Shown here piece by piece: positions 51,111 to 63,555 of a stretch of 64,000 nt of DNA. Each line of letters opens with the position of its first letter. Positions within the stretch are counted from its first letter, which is position 1. The stretch comes from Cetorhinus maximus (Eukaryota): NCBI RefSeq assembly GCF_964194155.1, contig NC_135884.1, positions 103,416,001-103,480,000 of the forward strand, in the 5' to 3' direction. The position numbers were made by a program, and so were the translations under genes. The notes below the pieces were generated by a model. That model did not search any database, was not told the DNA's origin, and saw only the letters and a list, made by a program, of their open reading frames with translations.

Positions 51111-51876
51111 TATTTCTTTATAATAAATATATATATTGTGGGGAAGGGTGCTTTGCTTATAGTGTGGTGGAACTTTAAGGTGTGCATTTTCATTGCTGTG
51201 ACTGAACAAACTCTGCTCAATCAGTCAACAAGACAGCCTTTATTTTGTTACGTTTTACCTCAACTTTCTATCCTAGTATAATTTATTTCTATTTATCTTC
51301 ACTGTACATAATACATTGTGTACTTGAATTCTACCTTATTCTTACATTGACAAAAAAAGCTTTACACACCAGTTACATAAGTATTTGAAGTGAAATTAAA
51401 AGGAAATGTCATATTTTGAGACATTTAAATGAAAATTGTGTCTATGGTACTAATAATACCAATATTGCACGTATAATTATGGGTTGACTAATAGCTCCTG
51501 GGCTAGATTTTCACTTATTCATAGTCAAAACTTTCCTTTTCTCATTCAAGGGATATGGGTATTGCTCACATTTATTGACCATCCCTAACTGTCCTTGAGA
51601 AGGCGGTGGTGGATCACCTCCTCAAACAGTTACATTCTGTGTGGCGGAGATACCCCACAGTGCTGTTAAGGAGCAAGTTCCAGGATTTTAACCTAACTAT
51701 CAGTCATTTATTTCCGTATGGCTGTCTGTTCTTTTGAGCATAAGGATTGTTGCGAACTGCCAACGAATATGTGGAAAACTAGCAACTACAGGCGAGTGGA
51801 ATTTTCAAGAGAGAGATTAGTGGGATTATGTGGTGTAACTGGTTTCAGAAAACTGGCGTCTATGCTGCATTCTTAC

Positions 51877-51942
51877 CTTCTTCTTGGACCGTTTCGATTT
51901 CTTTGACATGTTCCTCACCTTCTTGTGGAGGTGAAACAAAAC
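51877..51942 (-). CDS. GALR1: Galanin receptor type 1-like, coding exon 2 (66 nt, ICL3); missed by the ORF track
   Basis: tctttcag|GTT...AAG|gtaaga translates to VLFHLHKKVRNMSKKSKRSKKK, matching the short middle exon of GALR1. Confidence 0.93.
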
Positions 51943-52545
51943 CTGAAAGAGGGGCAAAGGATAATGAAACAGCCGCGCGCTGTGAAGCAAGGAAGATAAC
52001 GTTTACTTCTCAAATGATGAACCGATGACAACTGGCGAAATCTAGCAGGGAAACAGATGAATTTAGGCACAGTTTAAAACTGAGGTAAATGCTCAATTTT
52101 AAGCGGATTAATTATGTATTTCCAGGAGCGGGTCATGGGTTCCTCGGCAGCTCCACTCTAATATAGAAGCGAGCCTAACAAGTATATTGCACGAACACTC
52201 CTGGTGCTAGCAGATCGCACATTACTTTATATATGACACCTATTACAAGCCGTGCCCAGATTTTATAATCTCACACTTTGGAATCTTGTTAGGAGTTCTC
52301 AGACTTTCAGAAAACTCAACAATTCACCTGGTTACATTTCTAGAAAAGAAAATGTTTCATTGGAGAGATGTAACCCTATATTTGCACTGGGCGTTAAACT
52401 AATCCCGCTGCCTTGTTTATCTGGTGCTACCATTCTGGCTTTCCTTCTCCCAGATTCGCTTTCCAAACAATTCGCTTCTCTTTAGGATCCAATTGAACTT
52501 TGAACCACAATCACGGCAAAAGTTATGGTTTTGACCCGAGGTTAC

Positions 52546-53205
52546 CTTGGCATAGCAGCAACAGATCAACAGCAAGGGCAGGAGGTAGCCTATGATCAGG
52601 ATGGTGACCTTGTAGACCCCCTTCAGACCTCCTTCCTCCCAAACTTCCCAGCAGAAGGAGCAGTTGGGAGCCCAGTGGTATCCGGTGACCAGGGTTTGAT
52701 GGTGGGCGATTGGCACGGCGGCCAACAGCGACAGCAGCCAAATGCCAGCCACGGCCACCGAGGCGTTCCTCTTGTTCCGGATGCACGGGGGACGCTTGGA
52801 GTGGACCACGGCGATGTACCTGTCCACCGACATGGTCACCAGGGTGAAGATGCTCACCAGCAAGGTGACCGTGAAAAAATAGTGCACCAACTTGCAAAGG
52901 AAAGCGCCAAAGATCCACTCGGGCAGCGAGTAGATGGTGGCTTGGAACGGGACACAGAACAGGAGGAAGGAGAGGTCGGCAACGCTGAGGTTCAGGATGA
53001 AAGTGTTGGTTGTGCTGCGCGATCTCCTGGATTTGGTCCGTCCCAGCACGATTATCACCAGGGTGTTCCCAACCATGCCGAGTAGGAAGATTAAACCGAA
53101 GGCAATCGGCACAATGACCACCTCGGGTCCGTCAGATGTCCCAATCGAACAGACATTTCTCCGGGAGTCGCTCTCATTGCTGGGACTGAGGATGTCTGTC
53201 TCCAT
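52546..53205 (-). CDS. GALR1: Galanin receptor type 1-like, coding exon 1 (N-terminus to TM5)
   Basis: ATG at 53205; GN in TM1, NLSVADLSFLLFCVPFQATIY, MSVDRY, FCWE and GYLLPLLLICCCYAK|gtaacc. The exon is 660 nt, phase 0, and the spliced product is 347 aa. Confidence 0.93.
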
Positions 53206-54470
53206 CCTCACTCCTGCCTTCACTCCTGGCCCCTGTCGCTACTTCAGTGAGGAGACACTGTTGGATGGAGCCGGTTGGTAACATCTCCAGGAGTGAAATC
53301 AAAGAATTTTGCCTTTTAGTGACTGGGTGTCACTCACAACTGATCGCAGCACACAATGAAGCAAAGGGCGCCGACTGTAGCTGCCCGCATATCTCCAACT
53401 CCTATCGCTCAGATCTCACATTCTTAAAGAAGCACTGCTTACAATTACTCCCCCAAATACAATTAAAACGTTGAAACCGTCATGCACGTTTCGTAATGCA
53501 GGTCTTCACCCATTTGGTACTTAAACACTAATGCATTAAATTCTACCCATAGACTGAAATTCGCCAATGGCTAATAGTTTTGCTCCAGTCTTTCGGTGTG
53601 TTTGGTTAGAACAGAAGAGCGACAATAACCTGCCCCAATCGGTACATTACACCATCAAAATAGACTCAAAAGACGCATTACGTGCAAATAGACGCAAGGA
53701 GTGCAGCCACCTTCTGCTGACATTTAACTGCATTCCCATCGCTGAGTCACCCCCACCTTCAACATCCTGGGGGTGTTACCATTGACCAGGAACTGAACTG
53801 GACTAGCCATATAAATACTGTGGCTACAAGAGCAGGTCAGAGGCTAGGAATCCTGCAGTGACTGACTCACCTTCCCAAAGCCTGTCCACCATTGACCAGG
53901 CATAAGTCAGGAGAAAAATTATGGATCAGTATTTGGAGAATGTGCCAGAAACAAAGGGAAATTAAGCCCTGTAAGCCTGGAACATTTTCTGCCTTAAAAG
54001 CATATTAAAGCAAAAACCATTCAAGCCAAGGAGTGTGATGGAATACTCTCCACTTGCCTGGGTGAGTGCAGCTCCAACAATACTCAAGAACCTCAGCTCA
54101 AGAACCTCAGCACCATCCAGGACAAAGCAGCCAGCTTGATTGGCAACTCAACCACCACCTTAAACATTTACTCGCTCCACTACCGACACACTACAACAGC
54201 ATCAGTGTTTACCATCTACAAGATGCACTGCAGCAACCCTCAAGGCTTCTTCAACAGCACCTTCCAAACACGCAACTTCTACAACCTCGAAGGACAAGGG
54301 CAGTAGGCACACAGGAGCACTATCACCTGCAAGTTCCCCCGCCATTCACACTCCATTCTGATTTGGAACTATATCACCATTCCTTCACTGTCGCTGGATC
54401 AAAATTTTGGAACTCCCTAACTGCACTGTGGGTGTACCTGCAGCATATAGATTGCAGCAGTTCAAGGTGG

Positions 54471-54632
54471 AGTATTGAGCTGTGTGGTCTGGAATAAATC
54501 TTTCCCAACAACTATGTAACTCTGAGTACATTCACAGTTCTTGACTTTTTTTTTTCCAGGAGTGGGACATGAACCCACTACCTTCTGACTCAAAGGCGAG
54601 GGTGCTATGAACTGAGCCACAGCTGACACCTC
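54471..54632 (-). mobile_element. tRNA-head SINE chimera with a 17-bp TSD
   Basis: TSD gcagcagttcaaggtgg at 54454-54470 and 54633-54649. The - strand reads ggtgtcagctgtggctcagtt...gggttcatgtccc (A- and B-box-like), then an A-run, then about 75 nt of unrelated sequence. Confidence 0.75.
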
Positions 54633-54678
54633 GCAGCAGTTCAAGGTGGCCATTCACTACCACATTCTCAAGGGTAAT

Positions 54679-55292
54679 ATAAAAGCAGGGATGTGCTGCT
54701 GAGGTTTTATAAAGCTCTAGTCAAACCACATTTAGAATATTGTGAGCAATTTTGGGCCCCGTATCTCAGGAAGGATGTGCTGGCCCTGGAGAGGATCCAG
54801 AGGAGGTTCATGAGAATGATCCCAGGAATGAAAGGCTTAACATATGAGGAACATCTGAGTACTCTAGGTCTATACTCGATGGAGTTTAGAAGGATGAGGG
54901 GGGATCTGATTGAAACTTACAGAATACTGAAAGGCCTGGATAGAGTGGACTTGGGGAAGATGTTTCCATTAGTAGGAGAGACTAGGACCTGAGGGCACAG
55001 CCTCAGAGTAAAGGGAAGACCTTTTAGAACAGAGACGAGGAGAAACTTCTTTAGCCAGAGAGTGGTGAATCTATGGAATTCTTTGCCACAGAAGGCTGTG
55101 GAGGCCAGGTCATTGAGTGTATTTAAGACCAAGATAGATAGGTTCTTGATTGGTAAGGGGATCAAAGGTTACGGGGAGAAGGCGGGAGAATGGGGTTGAG
55201 AAACTTATCAGCCATGATTGAATGGTGGAGCAGACTCGATGGGCCGAATGGCCTAATTTCTGCTCCTATGACTTATGGCCTTATGGTCTTAT
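54679..55292 (+). mobile_element. Relatively young 5'-truncated CR1 LINE
   Basis: Open LLRFYKALVKPHLEYCEQFWAPYLRKDVLALERIQRRF..., a CR1 3' hairpin gggccgaatggcc, a (cttatggn)n tail, and TSD ggtaat at 54673-54678 and 55293-55298. Confidence 0.9.
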
Positions 55293-55526
55293 GGTAATTA
55301 GGGATGGGCAATAAATTCTGGTGCTGCCAGTGACATATACACCCCATGAATGAATAATAAAAATTGTGCACACAATTTAATTTTCAGCAATGTCTAATTA
55401 GACTAAAGTGCCCAGGGTTTTTTTTTGTGTTTCAGAATATGTATTCAGGATGGGAACCTATCTGCACACTAGTGCAAGAGATTCCAGCTGAAACAGTTTT
55501 CTAGAATTGCTGAGCACTTTAAATAT

Positions 55527-56603
55527 TGTAAAGGGACTAAGACATCACACTCTATATTTTTATAATATATATGTCCTCATAGTTAATTTATAAAATTTTA
55601 AAAACTGGACAAAGGCCTTTTTTAAAATGGCTGAAGCTGAAGGTTGTGACCTTCGAACAATAAGAGCTATTTGGCAGTATCACAGAAACTTGTGCCTCAT
55701 TATCTCTGAAGAGACGCTAACGACCCCTGTTGGCTGCAAAGGCCAAATTCAAAGTGAATTAAACAAAGGCCATTTACATTTCATAAGCCAGGCCTGGCCA
55801 ACTGGAGCCAATTCGTTTGCTAAGACAAAGGACGCCGCAACCTCCCATTAAGACTTAATGGTTGGAACATTAACAATCTCAGATACCCAGACAAAGGACA
55901 CCCTTTGTCAAAGCCAAAGTGGAGAGGTAGAGGTCACGTGACATGACTCCCTCTAGCTGGTGGAACCTTTAACATTGCTTCGTGGAACTGCAAAGCTTAG
56001 TCTGCTAGCTTTCCATCTACATAGCAGCAGCACAGAAAAGGGGCTCTGTCCAGGTTTGAATGCCTGGCCCCACATAAACTGTTTCTACTTGAATACTGGA
56101 CATTTGTACCATTGCCTACAAAATTAATTCATCTCTTTGTGTCCACCTCCTCATGGAAGTCATCTCAACTGGATAAGGGAATCATCCAGCATCAGTCTTC
56201 AATCTACCAACCTCTGTGAAGGAATACACCACTGGATTTTTGATTCTGGGCTCTGTTTATATATGAAACAATAATTCCTTTCTCTGTGGTCTTTACCTGC
56301 AAATCTTTCTTTCTCTATCACTCTTTACTGTATGAATGCACAGGGGGCTACTTAGCGAACCTTCCCCCTCACCAACCTATGTTTCGAGTGTGTGAAAATA
56401 AACTAACTCTTTGAGTTCATCCGATCACGAGTTTGCTGTGGGGTTATTAGTAGAAATTGGATCACACCAAAACCAAGGGGTTGGGAAATATGCCACTGCT
56501 TATAAAGGGGGAAATCACAATCAGAACACCTTTCTGTTTACTGATGTGTTTTGAGAAGAGAAATCAGGGCTGTTTAAATTAACACCCCCTCCTGTCTGTA
56601 ACA
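55527..56603 (+). mobile_element. Solo LTR, same family as 35272-36337
   Basis: tgtaaagggactaagac...ctgtctgtaaca with flanks atat/ctat. Confidence 0.75.
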
Positions 56604-57554
56604 CTATAAACACCAACATTCCCGATATGCCTACGTTACCTGCAAATAGCCTCAGTTCACTAAGGAAATTAATTGGTACCTGTGGACAGTTCTTTAATTT
56701 GGCTCACCTCAATCACTTTTGTGCTGTTAGATGCCTGTTTGCTGAGAGATATGACAAACCACAGCAATTATCTCCTGAATGTCAAGACTATTAATTTCCC
56801 AGGAAAACAGTTTGACAGGCACAGGACGAACAACACATGATGGCAGCAGTTGGGTGTCATTTTGTGTTCACTTGTCCAAAAACAGCTACCTGGCAACCAA
56901 ACAATCCTTGAGCTCTCAGTCGCAGGTGGCTGTGTCCTACCTCATGTTTGGATAAGCCTCAGGACCATTTGTGCGTTTCCAACAAGGAAGGCAAAAACTT
57001 GAGCAAAACAAAGTTACTGGCAAATAGATGCCTTTTGTTATATTGCAGCTGATGTTATCTTAAGCTATTAAAACCATATACTACGGAATAAACTTTGAAA
57101 CAGCCTGGTTATTATGTATAAACAATACTGAGGGAGTGGAAGAGGGTGTGGCCAGGTAAATAGGGGTGAGCTACATTGAGACAGTTCCCCAATGCATTCC
57201 TGCTGTTGGAGAGGGTCAGCCAATTTGAAGTTAAGACCCCAAGTAGGGGCAATTTTGCGGCTTCACTGGCATCCTACCCACTTATCTTATACACTTACCT
57301 TATCTCCTGTCAAAGTGGCTGGGACCTTTGAACTTACACACTTTATGGCAGCTAGTGCTGTAAAAAGGGGGTGAGGTTTCACTTCTGCCAACGCTGCTGC
57401 CCTGCACTGGAAGGACTCCAGAGCTGCTGCGCTGCACATTTCTCACCTGGCCCAGGTCAGAAGTCCGGGTGAGAAATGTGCAGCTCCTGATTTGGGTAAA
57501 TAAAAAGGAGCAGAGTGCCAATCCGACTGTGATTGCCACTCCATGGAAACTTTT

Positions 57555-58555
57555 TTGTCAGTCTTGTCTCAGTAGTCACACGCGTACACCTCTGCATCAA
57601 TAGGCAGCGGGTAAGTCCCACTCCAGAATCTTGAGCACCAAATCCAGGCTGACTCTCCAGGGCAGTACAGAAGGTGTGTTGCAGTTGGAAATGCCATCTC
57701 TCAGACAAGGCGTGAAACCAAGGGTCTGTCTGCCCCACATTTAGATGCAAAAGATCCCACAGCAACATTTCGAGCATGAGCAGGACTTCTCCCCAGTGTC
57801 TGGCCAAGATTTATACCTCAATCAACATCATGAAAACAGATTATCTGGTCCTTTATTTAATTGTTGTTTTGAGAACTTGCTTACAAATTGGCTGTCGTGT
57901 TTCCAACGCTATGACAATGATCACACTTCAAGAAGTACTTTACAGGTTGTGAAGCACTTTGGGGCAGCATGAAAGGGGCTACATTACAAGCTCTTCTTTT
58001 TCTTTTTATTCTAATAAAATGTTCAAAAGACTGAGCTTGCCATTCTTGGTGTATTATTACAAAATAATGCCTATTTATTTCAGGCAGAAGAAGAAGGCCA
58101 TGAATTATGACCCAGTTCATATGTATCTTGAATTTCAAAGAGGATTTGTGAATAGGGAACTGAGTTTGAGTGTTTTTTCACTTTAATTATGGAATATCAA
58201 TTTTTCAGTCTAGACTGATACTTCACGGCAGCACTCAGGGAGTACTGCTATGTTACATGTGCTGCTTTTCTGATAAAAGGCCCTCAGGTGGACTTAAAAT
58301 ATCCCATTACAATATTTGATAAGGAGGAAAGATTGTTTCCAGGTTATGCTTAATATTTATCCAGTAACTATCATCAAAAGCAGGTGAATTGGCCAGTTAC
58401 TGTTGCATGTGAGGCTTTACTGTGTAAAAATTGGCGGCAGATTTTGCATACAAAATAACAGTAGCTATAGATCTAAAGTAATTCATTACCTTTAAAACAT
58501 GATGGAATGTCCTGATGATGTGAAGGGTGCTATATAAAGGCAGTTTCTTTCTTTA
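57555..58555 (+). mobile_element. Two degenerate Deu-domain SINEs in tandem
   Basis: Head remnant aagtcccactccagaatcttgagcac, Deu-like core (acaaattggctg / aaaaattggcgg), and tails similar to 4235-4562. Confidence 0.6.
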
Positions 58556-58662
58556 CAGTTTTCAACGCAGTGGTTAAGACACTAAGCACATAACATATCT
58601 CGATTTAGAGCAAAAATAAACAAGGACACTCGACCTTTTTTTAGTTTTGACTTCTACTCTGT

Positions 58663-61092
58663 GGGAAGGATTTTGAGGTTGTTGGGCGGGTGCCTTGGGT
58701 GGGCCCAGGAGCGGCCACGAAACTGACCACCGCCCACGATCGGGCCCCGACCGCGATTTCACGCTGGCGGGCCAATTAAGGCAGGGCAGCTTCTCCGCCC
58801 CCTCTTCCAGTGACCGTGGCATTTGATGAGGCTGCGATGGCTGGGGAGATACCAGCCATGGCACTGGCTGCCCGTTCACAGGTGGGGCCAACTCACCCTC
58901 CACTGGCCAGAGGAGAACAGCCAAGGTCATCAAGGCCAACAAGACAGCCGAGTCAGCAGGCTGTCTCCAATGCCGGCGCCAGCAAGGGGGGAGCGCACAT
59001 ACATAGCACTCGCAAGTGTAAGTTAAAGGCACCATGAGCACAAGAGGAACAGGTCACAGGTAATTTTATATTCATTTATCTATACTGGCCTGGGAATGAA
59101 GACCAGAGACGTTTACGTCAACAGTTTGGAATTTTCAAACTGAGATAAATTTTGTTTTTCTCGTCATGGCCTGAGTATGCTTCACCTTTTTAGTTTATTG
59201 GTGCAGAGCACGCCAGTCTGTAATGCTGGCTGCAAGTGACTCTGAACTTTATTGCACAGGCACTGAGTGTTCTTTGTGTTCAAATGAAAGGGTCCTTTCA
59301 GACATCCGGGATGGAGGCGGCAGCCCTGGCATGCGTTTGAAGCTGATCTTTGATAGCCTAGCTGAAGGAGCGCTGGATCAAGGTGTCCCTGCCTCCCTGC
59401 AGGTTACTGAGGTCTGGCTCCATGCCCTCAGCATTCTCCTCACCGTGCTCACCCTCCAACTCACTACAGGACTCATCATCTGTGGCCTGTGGAGCTGCGT
59501 CAAGATCCTCTTCCTCCAGTGGATCCCCTCTTGCCAGTGCCAGATTGTGGAGAGTGCAGCATACAACCACTATCAGTGACACCCGCTCTCGGGGTATTCT
59601 AGTGCTCCCCCTGAATGGTCCAGACATCGGAAGCGCATCTTGAGAAGACCAATGGTCCTCTCTACCACTGCCCTTGTAGAGGCATGACCCAAATTGTAAC
59701 GATGCTCTGCCTCTGTTCTTGGGTGGTGGAGAGTTGCCATGAGCCACCTCTTCAATAGATACCCCATGTCACTCAGCAGCCATCAATCCAGTTGGGCTGG
59801 AGCACTGAAGAGCCTTGGCACCTGGGAGTGTCTGAGGATGTATGCGTCATGGGAGCTGCCAGGGTACCTTGCACAGACTTGCAGAATCTGCATCCTGTGG
59901 TCATACACTATCTGCACATTCATGGAGTGAAATCCCTCCCTGTTGATGAAGGCACCCAGCTGACCCACTGGTGCCTTGATGCCCAGATGTGTGTAGTCGA
60001 TGGCAATCTGGAAGTAGGAGAACCCAGCAATCACTGCAAAGCCTCTGGTTCGCTCAGCCTGGCTGGCCTCGTCCATACAGTAAAGAATAAAGGTCAGTAC
60101 CTGCCTGAACAGAGCTTCTGTCACCAGGTTGACGCAACTGTGGATAACTGATTGAGAGACTCCACACAGATCCCCCACTGACCCCAAGAAAGAGCCGGAT
60201 GCATAGAAGTTGAGGGCCGCAGTGACCTTCAGAGCCACTGGCATGGGGTGTCCGCCCAGACAGTCAGAGCTGATTTCTGGCCCAATCATTTGGCAAATGA
60301 AGGTCACGGACTCCCTTGAGAGGCGGAGCCTCCTTCGGCATTGTACGTTGGACATATTGAGGTAGCTGCATCACCGCCTGTAAACCCCAGCAGCAGGATA
60401 GTGGCATCTACTGTGGCCCCTTCCACCTTGGACTACTTGTTGGCCCTATGCTCCTTATGCCTGCACCTCTCCTCCCACAGGTCCCTCCCCTGGAAGCTGC
60501 ATAGGGACACGTGGCCTCCTCTCCCCTCTGCCCCTCTCTTCCTCCTCAAAGGAGGTGCCTCCATCAGAGACCACAATCCTCATTACCAGGATAAAGGAAA
60601 GGCTGCCCGATACCTGGAAGGGTTCACACGGGTTGAATCCTCTGGGAGCCTGGCAGACAGCAATCAGTCCTGAAATGAAGCCTGGAAATGCTAAGACTGA
60701 AGCCCCAAACAGAAATGATGCTGCCAAGTACCAATAAGCAACCAGCAGCAAACTATCCCCAAAACTGCTCACTACCCACACTGGCAATGCTGCTGACTCT
60801 TTTTATTCCACCTTTGGATGAGATTTGTGAAAATGTTGGCTGACTGCCTGCCCGTTTTGCTTGTGCAACGAACTGGAAATCGCACGGGCAGGGAAAAATT
60901 GCATTCAGTTGGATTCTTAAGGGCCTTAAGTGGCCACTTAATTAATGGCAGGCGCCGCTCTGGCACCTGCCCGCGCCTTCCAAGCGAAATATTGCGCGAT
61001 GCCGTCGGGACGCTCACCCGATGTCATTGTGCATGATTTTACTCCCTATCAGGTCGGGTGCGCGCCCGCCCGTGGGACATAAAATTCTGCCC
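58663..61092. mobile_element. PIF/Harbinger copy 3, internally deleted (most of the Myb gene lost)
   Basis: TIR gggaaggatttt/aaaattctgccc and perfect 3-bp TSD tgt. The junction at about 58782 joins the left subterminal region to the Myb 3' end. Confidence 0.92.
59358..60583 (-). pseudogene. Harbinger transposase, disrupted
   Basis: A 190-aa open segment contains [21 protein letters not shown] and PGSSHDAYIL, followed by a stop and further frameshifts. Confidence 0.88.
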
Positions 61093-62119
61093 TGTGGTAT
61101 CTGCTCATCTCTATCGTTTCTTGACCATGATGTACTTTGTCCCCAATAGTTCTCTAATAGTGATTTCACCACCCCGACTATGCCAATGAAAGATTATACC
61201 TGAAAAATTAACCTGCCTTCGTCTTTCAGATGCTAAATGACCTGATCTACATTTCCAGTAGTTTTGTTCACTTCATTGAAAGAAAGACTCCCACCAAATA
61301 ATATTCCTTGGATCAGCTGAGATTCAAACTTTGCTACACAACATGAACGTATGAATGATTTTGTCTATTTCATATTAATTTCTGATGAAAGAGCAAATGT
61401 ACAGCATAATTACCATCTCATCTCCAACACAGTCTATAGATTTTTAAGTGATCTCTATAAGTGATCTGTTGGGAGTTAATAGATTCTCTTAAATATCTTT
61501 GTACCAGGTATCATCTAAGGCTGCAGCTAATGCTCTTACCTCTTACCATGTGATTGCCACATTGTTGGTAACAAATACCACTGACATAGCCAATGGAAAA
61601 CAATATGAGATAGGTCACATATAGTGGTACATAATATCTTTGACATAAAATATGCTTCATAATTAATTCCTCATAAGTGTTTTGATGAGTAAATCAAATT
61701 ATAAATACTTTCCAGTTTAAGGACTTGAGCTTTTTTTATATTGAAATGTAAAAATCATTTACATATTTTTTAAAAATTTGGATCGTATTATGGAAAAACA
61801 TTCATTAAGATCATGCTTGTTTACACCCATTTTTTACTGCTTCTTTAAAACCATGTAATTGCACTCAACCAGAGGAACTCATAGCTTACTGTTATCCCTG
61901 CCCTATGGAAGTTTGCCAGAATTTATCTTAATCCACCCTCCTCCCAAAGTCAAGTTAGAGTTTTGTTATTAATTATTATCAATAGCAATAATAAAATGTT
62001 TATAGTCACATGAATCATTGTTATTAAATATTTAAGTTTAGGTAAAATGTAAGCTTTAAAAAGAATGGAAGACAATTTGTTGAGTTAACGAATGGCTTAT
62101 GTTTTTTTTCCTTAACCAG

Positions 62120-62256
62120 GAAGGTTGTTGAGAAAGCTCCACCGTCACTCCTAAAGATTCTAGTAAAAAACAGCGATGAACTGTCAGCAGGTACAATGGA
62201 AAATGCTGAGGAGACAACAAACATTAGAAAGCAATGTGACAATTTTCAAATTAAAG
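62120..62256 (+). other. Candidate exon of an unidentified gene
   Basis: Strong acceptor ttttttttccttaaccag| and donor AAG|gtaaaa, with one open frame (KVVEKAPPSLLKILVKNSDELSAGTMENAEETTNIRKQCDNFQIK). I recognise no homology. Confidence 0.35.
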
Positions 62257-62864
62257 GTAAAAAACATGATATTTTAAAAATTGAGAATCCTAGGCATTGT
62301 GAGGAACATGATCAAAGTTGAAAGGAATTATAGCAAAGGTGACATAATTCATGGAGTAGTAGTTAGTTATGACATGCATAGGACTTTAAAACCTGTAATT
62401 ACAGGAGAGGGGAGACTCATAGAGGTCAGGCATTTGGTAGCTTTGAGGTGTTGGGAAAGTGTAAGAGGTCATGGGAGATTGAAAATATGGGCTAAGAAAT
62501 GCAACACTGGTTCAGACTTTTCTCTAGTTTGTATGATTGTTTTCAAGCTTTATTTCTCATACATACTCCAAATGCTGGGCCTCTAAAGCTCAATCCAATG
62601 CATGAAAATATTTAAGTATTCATCTCTTGTTGCAGGTGAGGAACACATTTCTTTTCACACAAATGGTTGAAAAATATTGGGGGGCAATATATTGGCATGG
62701 ATTGAGAATTGGTTAGCAGACAGGAAACAGGGGTGTAGGAATGAACGGGTCTTTTTCTGAATGGCATGCAGTGACTAGTGGGGTACCCACTAGGGATCAG
62801 TGCTTGGGCCCCAGCTATGTAATTCACATTCAGAAAGTTCTGAATGAAATTTTATTTATCCTTT

Positions 62865-63555
62865 CACAGAATGTGGGCATCATTGATTAGGCCAGCATTT
62901 CTTGCCCATCCCTAATTTCCCTTGAGAAGGTGGCGGTAAGCTACTCTCTTGAACTGCTGCAGTCCATGTGGCGTAGATACACCCATAGTACTGTAAGGAA
63001 GGGAGTTCCAGGAGTTTGGCCCAGTGACAGTGAAGAAATGACCATATAGTTTGGTGTGTGGCTTGGAGAGGAACTTGCACAGGGTGGTGTTCCAATGCAT
63101 CTGCTGCCCTTGTCTTTCTAGGTGGTAGAGGTCGCGGGTTTGGAAGGTGCTGTGGAAAGAACCTTGCTGAGTTGCTGCAGTGCATAATGCAGATGGTACA
63201 CATTGTGCTACTGTGTGTAATGAGGTCAGGAGCTGAGTGGCCCTGGTGGAACCCAAACTAAGCGTCAGTGAGCAGGTTATTGCTGAGTAAGTGCCACTTG
63301 TTAGCACTGTCAATAACCCCTTCCATCACTTTACTGATAATTGAGAGTAGACTGATGGGGCTTTTTGTGGAAGGGACAGGTTCCATATTGCCAGGTCATT
63401 GCCAGTGTTGTAGCTGTACTGGAATAGCTTGGCTAGGGGCGCAGATAGTTCTGAAGCACAATGCTTCAGTACTGTTACCAGGATGTTGTCAGGGCCCATA
63501 GTCTTTGCAGTATCCAGTGCCCTCAGCTATTTCTTGACATCACATGGAGTAAATG
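62865..63555 (-). mobile_element. GAAT-tailed LINE fragment with internal deletion
   Basis: Homologous to 30537-30900 and then 31680-32040, with the deletion junction near 63218. Confidence 0.75.

Larger units (their letters stand above)
53720..55355 (+). mobile_element. GAAT-tailed LINE 3' part carrying three secondary insertions
   Basis: Runs from ILGVTIDQELNWTSHINTVATRAGQRLGIL to the tail ccccatgaatgaat. It is interrupted at about 53914-54022, 54471-54632 and 54679-55292. Confidence 0.8.

Noticed and set aside
52417-53223. Single-exon truncated 5-TM GPCR (268-aa ORF)
   Set aside because: The ORF reads through the donor at 52545. Exons 2 and 3 complete a normal 7-TM receptor.
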